A DNA stretch of 54,096 bases, from assembly GCA_964453635.1 (NCBI GenBank), contig CAYVSK010000003.1, positions 7,922 to 62,017 of the forward strand. The letters are read 5' to 3'. Positions 8,088-14,992 of this stretch are shown one piece after another (position 1 is the first letter of the stretch; every line of letters begins with the position of its first letter). The notes under the pieces are model-generated. The model ran no database searches, was not told the DNA's origin, and was given only the letters and a program-made list of their open reading frames with translations. Both the position numbers and the translations under genes were made by a program. Source of the stretch: an uncultured Weeksellaceae bacterium. Lineage in GTDB: Bacteria > Bacteroidota > Bacteroidia > Flavobacteriales_D > CAYVSK01.

Positions 8088-11000
8088 TCAGTCACTTTCC
8101 GTTTCTACGTTCTCCGTCTCTCTGACCCACTTTTCCTTGCTGATACTGCGCCCGTTCTTGAAATAATAGGTCCCGGATTTGCTTATCGATTTGTGGTAAT
8201 CATCCGCACGATCCCCTTTCACAACGATCCTTCGCACGATCCTTTTGTTGCCTTGTTTGTACTTTTCTTCACTGACCCCCTGGGGGTATTTTTCGGCAAG
8301 CTCGCTTTTCACCGGGCGATCCTCCCGATCGCTACGCCCCTTGTAAAGATCGACCGAATCCCGGTTCATGCCCCTTAATTCTTCCATTTCTTCTTTTCGC
8401 ATGGCCTCCCGCTCTTCCCTATGGTCCGCTTTCAATTCCCGGAGAGCTTCCTGGTTCTCCTCCTTTTTCGTGGCATGGGACTCCTTGAATTCCTGAACCC
8501 CTTTCTTTCGATCCTTTATTTCCCCCATTTCTTCACTTCGGAGCTTATCGTCTTCTTTTCTTTTGTCCCGCTCCCATTCCCGGATCTTATCTTTTTGGGC
8601 CTTTCTCTCTTCGACCCGCTCATCATGCTTCTCCTTTTGTTCAGTCTTTTTTTCCCTTAATTCTTTCTTCATTTCCCGGACCGCTTTCTTTTCCTTACGG
8701 ATCTCCTCGCCATGCGATCTGACCCGCTCATTGTGGTCCGCCTTTCGCTCCTTTTTTCTTTCTTTTACCGCTTCGACTCGCTTATCATGGGCCTTTTGTT
8801 TCTCCACTAGCTTTTCTTTCCGTTTTTCCTTCAGATTTTCCACATATTTTTTCTCGACCTCCCGGGCCGTGGCACTTTCGTCGATTCGCTCGGCATGGGC
8901 TTCCTTCAGCTCCTTCTTCCGTGCTGTTAAACGATCGGCTTTCTTGTCAAATGCTTGCTGCTTCTCCCTGATCTTTTTCTGATGCTCCTCTTTCAGGTTG
9001 CTCACGTATTTCTGTTCCACCTGCCTCGAGGTTTGTTCTTCCTCTACCCGATCCTTATGGGCCTTCCTTCTCTCTTCTTTTTGCTCCCTGACCTGGTCCA
9101 CCCTTTCTTCATAGGCCGCTTGATGGGCTTCGTTCTTCTCCTTTTGTTCCGCTTTGCGTGCCTGGATCCTTTTCTTTCTCTCCGTTCTCTTTTTGGCTCC
9201 TTTTTCAGCCCGTTCATGACGTTCGGAGACCCACTCCTTTTTTTGTTTTTTCATGCGCTCCGTTTGTTTATCAAATTTCTCCTGTTGCTCCCGGATCCTT
9301 TTTTGATGCTCTTCCTTTAGATTGTTGACATATTTCTTTTCCACCTCCCTGCTCGTTTTCTCCTCTTCTCTGTATTCATTCCTCCATTCCTTTACCTCAC
9401 CCTTTTTTTCAGAAAGTTCTTGCGTTTGTTCCGCATAACGCTCCTTCCCTTTGTTCCTGACCTGGTCGCGGGCATCCTCCTTTTCCTTTATCGCTTCCAT
9501 CCGCTTTCGCCGTTCTTCCCCTGCGCTCTTTCTTCGCTTCTCTTCGGATCCGGCGATCCTTTCTTTCTCTTTCTTCAATTGCTTCTGCCTGGCCCTTCGC
9601 TCCTCTTCCCGGAGTTCCTCCATATCTTTTTCAAAGTTCACATCTTCCGTATCATCGATACGCTCCCCATAATAGGGTTCGTCGTCTTCCTCCTTTTGGT
9701 CTTTTTTGTTGTTCTGCGCCGTTCGCCCGGACCTGTCACCCCGGTTCTTTTTTTGTTTTTTGAGGATCAGTTCGATCTTCTCGATCCGCTTTTTGGGGTG
9801 ATACTCATCCGGTTTGATCTTTAAAGCCGCCCTGTAATCCTTTTTGGCCGCGTCGTATTTTTCCGCCTGAAAACGCTGATCGGCCCGGTCGATCAAGGTT
9901 TGATATTCCGCCTCCCGCTGCTTGTCTTTTTCCGCTTTTTCTGTTTCCGCTTTCTCACTCGATTCCTTGAGCCGCTTTTCGATCTTGTCGATCCGCTCCT
10001 TTGGATAGCTCTTCCCGGGCATTAATCCGGAAGCCTTCTTATAGTTCGTCAGAGCCTTCTCATAGGCCTCCTTATCATACGCCGCATCCCCATCAGCGAT
10101 CAATCTTTCATAACGTTCCTTTTTTTCTTTTTTCCTTTTCCGTTTTTCTATGAGCCGTTCCGCCTCATTGATCCTTTTTTGGGGATGCTCCGCTTTGGAT
10201 CGGATAGCCAGGGCGTCCCGGTATTTTTGGATAGCTTTTTCGTAATCGGCCTGATCAAAGTGCTTATCTCCACTTGAAACGAGCCGATCGAACCTTTTAT
10301 CCTTTTCGCTTTCCTTTTTCTGCTCTGCTACGTGCTTTTTGCACTTTTCGAGCCGTTTTTGGGGATAGGTTTTATCGCTGAATATGCCAAGGGCCTTTTT
10401 GTATTGGTCCCGGGCTTTTTTCCATTCCTGTTCGGCGAAATGGCGATCGGCCTTCTGAATGGCCGCCTGATAGCGCTCTTCCTTTTTCTTCCGGGCCAGG
10501 ATACCGTTCACCTTATCGATCCTCTCCTGGGGATGTTCCTTACCGGGAAAAAGCTCCAGAGCAGCCTTGTATTTCTTTTTCGCGGCCCCGTACTGCTCCT
10601 TGTTGAACAACTCATCAGCGGTTTTTATGGTCTTTTGATAGCGTTCCTTCTTCTTTCCCTTCTCCTTTTGTGCTGCCAAGCGTTTCTTGATCTCGTCGAG
10701 CCGGGACTGGGGATGCGATCTTTCCGGGAAAATATCGAGCGCATCCTTGTAGTTCCGGCGCGCCTTTTTGTACTGTTCCCCTTTGAAAGCCTCGTCTGCT
10801 TTTGTGATCAGCTCTTTGTAGCGTCCTTTCTTCTTTTTCTTCTCTTTAGCAGCGGCCAATTTCTTCTCACAAAGGTCGACCCTTTTCTTGGGATGGGACT
10901 TGTTTGGGAATATATTCAGGGCTTCTTCGTACGCTTTTTTGGCGGCCTTGTATTCTCCGGCCTCGAACTTTTCATCGGCTGAAGCGATCCGTTCCTTGTA

Positions 11001-12773
11001 GCGCTGTTCTTTCTTTTTTGATTCCTTTCTATCAGCGATCCGTTCTTTCACCTTTTTTAACTGATCTTGGGGATACTGCTTCTCCGGAAAGACCTCGAGA
11101 GCTTTTTCGTATTTCGAACGGGCTTTCTTAAGCTTATCGTTCTTCAAACGCTCATCCGCCTTGTTGATCAGGGCTTTGTAACGTTTCCTCTTCTTTTCTT
11201 TTTCCTTTCTTTTTTCAATGGCTTTTTCCGCTTTTGCTATCCGGTCCTTGGGATATTGCTTATCGGAGAATATGTCCAGGGCCTCCTGATATTTGCCTTT
11301 GGCCTTTTTATACTTTTCATTACCAAAAAAACGGTCGGCCTCGTCCACGACCTGTTTATATTTTTCCTTCTTTTCTTTTTGTTTTCCCAGGAGCTTTTTG
11401 ACCTCGCTGAGTTTCTTTTTGGGATATTCCTTTTCCGGAAAGACCGCCCCTGCTTTTTTGTATTTTGAACGGGCCTTTTCCAGCTCCTTTTCCTCAAATG
11501 CCTGATCCGCCTCACCGATCAGCCGGTCGTATTTCTCCTGTTTTTCCTTTTTTTCCTTCAGGATCTGGTCGATCTTTTCCGTCCGCTTTTTGGGATGCGA
11601 AGCATCCCCCCACAGACCCAGGGCCTCCTGATATTTTTTCCGGGCCTTTTCGTAAGCTTCATTTTCAAAAGCCTGGTCGGCTTCGGAGACAAGCGCGTTG
11701 AATTTTTCCTTCTCCTTGAGCCTTTTCTTAACGGTCTTAAGACGGTCATTGGGATGAGATCGATCGGGAAAGATGTCCAGGGCCTCTTTATATTTGGTCT
11801 TGGCCTTTTCGAAAGCCTCGTCCTCAAAGGCCTGATCCGCTTCGTCGATCCGTTTCTGGTATTCCTGCTTTTTTTCTTTTTGTTGCTCGATGATGCCTTC
11901 GATCTTATCGAGACGCTCGCTGGGGTGCTCTTTATCGGAAAAGACCTCAAGGGCTTTCTGATATTTGCTCTTGGCCGCTTTATAAGCTTCCTCATCGAAC
12001 TTTTTATCAGCAGCACTTATCAATTTTTCATAGCGCTCCTGCTTCTTCTTTTGCTCAGCCAACTTTTTCTTGGCCTCTTCCGCCTTTTTCTTGGGTTTCT
12101 TTTTATCCGGGAAGATCCCGGCCGCTTCCTTGTAATGGTCCCGGGCCTGCCCGTAGGACCGGTCCTCCATGGCCTGTCCCCCCTTCTCCATCAACTTCCG
12201 GTATTTTTTCTTTTTGGCTTCCAACTCCCGAATGGCATTTTTTCGCTCCTTCTTTAATTCCTTCTTGACCTTGGAGGTATAGGAAAAATTCCACTCCATT
12301 TTCACTTTTTCCTCGTTATATCGAGCCTTTCCTATTGGCTTATCGAGAACGGATTCATCCATCCCTTTGACCTTCTCGAACAAGGTCATATTCACGGCCA
12401 TTTCGAAGCCCCCTTCCTCTTCGGCTATTTTCTGGTCCTCAAGCGGAATATTGCTTGTGTTCACAATGACCTTTTTGGATGCGTAACCGGATTTGTGGAA
12501 TTCGATCGTATATTTTTTTCCGATCTCAAGATCCATGGAATACTTCCCATTGGAGGAAGTGGTAGCGGATTCCACGGTAGACCCTCCTGCCTTGGCCTTT
12601 ACCTCTACTCCACTGAGGCTATTGGAATTGGATTTTTTCTCAGCGCGACCGAGGATCTTCATGTCGTAAGGCTGAGCATCGCTATGGCGCACCGGTAAGA
12701 GAAAGGCCATGCCCAGCAAGAGGATATACCCGATGGCGATCGGGGACGGTATTGAAATGGTACACTTGGTCAT
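8088..12773 (-). CDS. giant (~1,561 aa) repetitive, Lys/Glu-rich envelope protein of unknown function
   Basis: Uninterrupted ORF. Start set to ATG 12773 because TTG 12785 lies inside the -7 box. Modules in order: a hydrophobic signal/anchor, a CRD-like domain (NGKYSMDLEIGKKYTIEFHKSGYASKKVIV), 14 tandem ~57-aa repeats, a ~480-aa E/K/R segment, and a distinct ~70-aa C-terminal module. Confidence 0.6.
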   Translation of the reverse strand: MTKCTISIPSPIAIGYILLLGMAFLLPVRHSDAQPYDMKILGRAEKKSNSNSLSGVEVKAKAGGSTVESATTSSNGKYSMDLEIGKKYTIEFHKSGYASKKVIVNTSNIPLEDQKIAEEEGGFEMAVNMTLFEKVKGMDESVLDKPIGKARYNEEKVKMEWNFSYTSKVKKELKKERKNAIRELEAKKKKYRKLMEKGGQAMEDRSYGQARDHYKEAAGIFPDKKKPKKKAEEAKKKLAEQKKKQERYEKLISAADKKFDEEAYKAAKSKYQKALEVFSDKEHPSERLDKIEGIIEQQKEKKQEYQKRIDEADQAFEDEAFEKAKTKYKEALDIFPDRSHPNDRLKTVKKRLKEKEKFNALVSEADQAFENEAYEKARKKYQEALGLWGDASHPKKRTEKIDQILKEKKEKQEKYDRLIGEADQAFEEKELEKARSKYKKAGAVFPEKEYPKKKLSEVKKLLGKQKEKKEKYKQVVDEADRFFGNEKYKKAKGKYQEALDIFSDKQYPKDRIAKAEKAIEKRKEKEKKRKRYKALINKADERLKNDKLKKARSKYEKALEVFPEKQYPQDQLKKVKERIADRKESKKKEQRYKERIASADEKFEAGEYKAAKKAYEEALNIFPNKSHPKKRVDLCEKKLAAAKEKKKKKGRYKELITKADEAFKGEQYKKARRNYKDALDIFPERSHPQSRLDEIKKRLAAQKEKGKKKERYQKTIKTADELFNKEQYGAAKKKYKAALELFPGKEHPQERIDKVNGILARKKKEERYQAAIQKADRHFAEQEWKKARDQYKKALGIFSDKTYPQKRLEKCKKHVAEQKKESEKDKRFDRLVSSGDKHFDQADYEKAIQKYRDALAIRSKAEHPQKRINEAERLIEKRKRKKEKKERYERLIADGDAAYDKEAYEKALTNYKKASGLMPGKSYPKERIDKIEKRLKESSEKAETEKAEKDKQREAEYQTLIDRADQRFQAEKYDAAKKDYRAALKIKPDEYHPKKRIEKIELILKKQKKNRGDRSGRTAQNNKKDQKEEDDEPYYGERIDDTEDVNFEKDMEELREEERRARQKQLKKEKERIAGSEEKRRKSAGEERRKRMEAIKEKEDARDQVRNKGKERYAEQTQELSEKKGEVKEWRNEYREEEKTSREVEKKYVNNLKEEHQKRIREQQEKFDKQTERMKKQKKEWVSERHERAEKGAKKRTERKKRIQARKAEQKEKNEAHQAAYEERVDQVREQKEERRKAHKDRVEEEQTSRQVEQKYVSNLKEEHQKKIREKQQAFDKKADRLTARKKELKEAHAERIDESATAREVEKKYVENLKEKRKEKLVEKQKAHDKRVEAVKERKKERKADHNERVRSHGEEIRKEKKAVREMKKELREKKTEQKEKHDERVEERKAQKDKIREWERDKRKEDDKLRSEEMGEIKDRKKGVQEFKESHATKKEENQEALRELKADHREEREAMRKEEMEELRGMNRDSVDLYKGRSDREDRPVKSELAEKYPQGVSEEKYKQGNKRIVRRIVVKGDRADDYHKSISKSGTYYFKNGRSISKEKWVRETENVETESD
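8721..9356 (-). repeat. three diverged copies of a ~50-aa charged repeat inside the ER/K region of the giant ORF
   Basis: The three copies are TSREVEKKYVNNLKEEHQKRIREQQEKFDKQ, TSRQVEQKYVSNLKEEHQKKIREKQQAFDKK and TAREVEKKYVENLKEKRKEKLVEKQKAHDKR. Each is followed by a ..KKE.K..H.ER. segment. Confidence 0.7.
9756..12203 (-). repeat. 14 in-frame tandem coding repeats (53-69 aa each, roughly 160-207 nt) within the giant ORF
   Basis: Unit pattern: Y-x2-[LI]-x2-AD-x2-F-x3-Y-x2-A-x2-Y-x2-AL-x-[IV]-F-[PS]-x-[KR]-x-[HY]-P-x2-R-[LI]-x2-[IV], followed by a Lys-rich linker. I counted the units directly in the translation (aa 195-1010 in ORF-track numbering). Confidence 0.85.
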
Positions 12774-12782
12774 GGTCACCAA

Positions 12783-12790
12783 CAAAGATA
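12783..12790 (-). promoter_or_regulatory. putative -7 promoter box TATCTTTG for the giant ORF
   Basis: The minus strand reads TATCTTTG-TTGGTGACC-ATG. This is an exact TAnnTTTG match 9 nt upstream of ATG 12773. Confidence 0.45.
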
Positions 12791-12877
12791 AGGATATACT
12801 CTCCGCATCCTTATTCTTAACGAAAACGCCCCCTTTAAGGTTGCCGGTCCGAAGGAAATGGATCTATATATCGATGG

Positions 12878-13567
12878 TCACACCGCTTCCCCGGGAAAGG
12901 CGAAACGGTTGGGGCTCACAAAATCCGCCTTCACTGCGTAGAGCACGATCTCCGCAGTATTGCGCAGCCCCAATTTCCTCATAATGTTCTTGCGGTGCGT
13001 ATTGACCGTATGCTCACTCAAATAAAGTTTCTCTGCGATACGGTTGTTGGTGTGCCCCTCTGCGATAAGGCGCACGATCTCGGTTTCCCGAACGGATAAA
13101 GTGACCGGGTTGCAATCGAACAACGCCCGGCCGATCCCATCCACATTGATCCGACCATGGGAAATGGTCTCAAGGATCTTGCCACAAAAGAACTTTTTTC
13201 CTTTGGCCGATTCAATAACGGCATCCCTGATCTCCTGGATGTCGCAATCCTTCTTGATGTAACTCCGAATACCGCTCTGCAGGGCGGTCTTTATGGCCAA
13301 AGAGGTTTGGTCGGCCGTTATAGCAACAAATGCGATCCCGGGATCCCTCTCGAGCACCTCGGGGACGGTTTCAATACCAAAACCCGGCGCAGTGGTGTCG
13401 ATCAGAACGACATCCGGTGCCTGGACGCGGAGCTTTTGTTTCATTTCCCCGGCCGAAAGCGCTTCGCCGATCACACGCACTTCCTCCACATCGCTGAAGA
13501 CGGCTCTCAAACCGTAAAGGATCACTTGATTGCTATCCGCCAGAAGTAGTTTTACGGGATCTTGCAT
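12878..13567 (-). CDS. NarL/LuxR-family response regulator (REC + LuxR HTH), no adjacent kinase
   Basis: Start moved to ATG 13567 (MQDPVKLLLAD) because TTG 13594 lies inside the -7 box. Receiver residues DVVLID, VAITAD and YIKKD. C-terminal HTH (LSVRETEIVRLIAEGHTNNRIAEKLYLSEHTVNTHRKNIMRKLG). Confidence 0.8.
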   Translation of the reverse strand: MQDPVKLLLADSNQVILYGLRAVFSDVEEVRVIGEALSAGEMKQKLRVQAPDVVLIDTTAPGFGIETVPEVLERDPGIAFVAITADQTSLAIKTALQSGIRSYIKKDCDIQEIRDAVIESAKGKKFFCGKILETISHGRINVDGIGRALFDCNPVTLSVRETEIVRLIAEGHTNNRIAEKLYLSEHTVNTHRKNIMRKLGLRNTAEIVLYAVKADFVSPNRFAFPGEAV

Positions 13568-13591
13568 AGGGCTCACCCTGATTGGAACGCT

Positions 13592-13599
13592 CAAATTTA
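13592..13599 (-). promoter_or_regulatory. putative -7 promoter box TAAATTTG for the response-regulator gene
   Basis: Exact TAnnTTTG on the minus strand, 24 nt upstream of ATG 13567. It overlaps the rnz stop codon. Confidence 0.4.
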
Positions 13600-14526
13600 A
13601 ACATATTGCTTCAATGGCACCTGAATGACTTTCCCATCCACTGCCAATTCTGTGTTTGGAAATATTTGGCAGGCTTCTTCGAGAAAAGGAGCGAGGGTCT
13701 TATACCGGGCAGAAAAATGACCGAGCAACAATTTATCCACGTCTGCCTCTTTTGCCAAACGGGCCGCTTGTTCTGCCGTGGAATGAAAGGTTTCCCTCGC
13801 TCTTTTTGCATGATCAGCGGTAAAGGTGGCTTCATGGTAAAGCAGGTCAACGGCTTCTACCGCTTTCACCATATCCTCGCGAAAGCTGGTATCGGAACAA
13901 TATGCGTAGGTCCGGGGGACCGGTGGCGGGGTCGTTAGTTCCTCGCATGGAATAACGCGCCCATCCTCCGTAACATGATCATCCCCTTTTTTGATATCCT
14001 GAATGGCATGGACCGGTATCCCGTATTCCGATATTTTTTCCTTGATCATGTTGCGTTCCTTTTCCTTTTCCCGGAATAGGAAGCCACAACAAGGGACCCT
14101 GTGTTCGAGCGGAATGCTTTGGACGGACAACACTTTGTCGTCGATCAAGACCTCCGACTCCCGGTGATCAAAGGCATGGAAATGCATGCGGAAGCGCAAA
14201 CGGGTACCCGTGAGCTTGAGCTGTTGACGGATCAATTCCTCCAAACCAGGGGGACCGTATAAGTAAAGGTCCCAATCCCGCCCAAGCAAATGAAGGGTCA
14301 GGAGGAATCCCATCAATCCCAGATAGTGGTCACCGTGCAAATGGCTAATGAACACGTGCCGGATCCGCTGGAAAGGAACACCAAAACGACGCATCTGGAA
14401 TTGGGCTCCTTCACCGCAATCGATCAGGAAATGCTTTTCCTGAACATTGAGGACCTGAGCACTTGGAAATCGCTCGGCCAATGGAAGCGCGGAACCACTT
14501 CCGAGAACGGTCAGTTCAAAACGCAT
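13597..14526 (-). CDS. rnz: ribonuclease Z (tRNA 3' endonuclease, MBL fold)
   Basis: 309-aa ORF with LGSGSALP, FLIDCGEG, HLHGDHYLGL and a C-terminal HFSARY. Confidence 0.85.
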   Translation of the reverse strand: MRFELTVLGSGSALPLAERFPSAQVLNVQEKHFLIDCGEGAQFQMRRFGVPFQRIRHVFISHLHGDHYLGLMGFLLTLHLLGRDWDLYLYGPPGLEELIRQQLKLTGTRLRFRMHFHAFDHRESEVLIDDKVLSVQSIPLEHRVPCCGFLFREKEKERNMIKEKISEYGIPVHAIQDIKKGDDHVTEDGRVIPCEELTTPPPVPRTYAYCSDTSFREDMVKAVEAVDLLYHEATFTADHAKRARETFHSTAEQAARLAKEADVDKLLLGHFSARYKTLAPFLEEACQIFPNTELAVDGKVIQVPLKQYV

Positions 14527-14556
14527 GAAGGCAAATGGAAAAAGGGCGCAGGGTGC

Positions 14557-14937
14557 TTATTCCTCCCCGCTGTTGCCGATATTTCTTTCAAGCTCCTCCA
14601 TTCTCAACAGATCCTCGGCCTCCTTTACCGTAGGCGTGATCTTCAGAACATTGTTCAATTGAGAGATATCGATGAGCTTTTGGACCGCATCCTGGATGCT
14701 GGCAAGGATGAACGAACCGTTGGCCTCTTTGCACAAGCGATGCGCCACCAGAATGGAGCTCAAACCCGATGAATCACAATAGCGGGTCTTTGAGAGATCG
14801 AGAATGATATTGCGGATGCCCTGCTTGTTCAAATAGACAAACTTGGACTTGAGGTCCGGGGCACAGGAGGAATCAAGTTTCTCAACCCTGGAAGTGACCA
14901 ATGCATGATCTTCTTTTTCCTCGACCTGAAAAGACAT
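14557..14937 (-). CDS. STAS-domain protein (anti-sigma-factor antagonist-like)
   Basis: Start moved to ATG 14937 (MSFQVEEKEDHALV), because the longer ORF would overlap pyrB. It has a SpoIIAA-like motif containing the phosphorylatable serine (LDLSKTRYCDSSGLSSILV). Confidence 0.75.
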   Translation of the reverse strand: MSFQVEEKEDHALVTSRVEKLDSSCAPDLKSKFVYLNKQGIRNIILDLSKTRYCDSSGLSSILVAHRLCKEANGSFILASIQDAVQKLIDISQLNNVLKITPTVKEAEDLLRMEELERNIGNSGEE

Positions 14938-14953
14938 CCGAAAAGATTTGAAG

Positions 14954-14961
14954 CAAATGTA
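14954..14961 (-). promoter_or_regulatory. putative -7 promoter box TACATTTG for the STAS gene
   Basis: Exact TAnnTTTG on the minus strand, 16 nt upstream of ATG 14937. It sits between the pyrB stop and the STAS start. Confidence 0.4.
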
Positions 14962-14992
14962 AAAAAATTCGGGCCCAAGATGCGAAATGGGC

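Noticed and set aside
9756-12203. A regular ~170-180-nt periodicity that could be mistaken for a CRISPR array or satellite repeat.
   Set aside because: The repeats are in frame within one long ORF and diverged at the DNA level. They lack short identical direct repeats separated by unique spacers, so they are protein-coding repeats.
10332-12257. Several long plus-strand ORFs (for example 10332-10982 at 216 aa and 11595-12257 at 220 aa) rich in Leu/Phe/Ser.
   Set aside because: They are antisense shadows of the Lys/Glu codons (AAG/GAA read as CTT/TTC). They have no motifs or plausible starts, and they lie entirely inside the giant minus-strand ORF.
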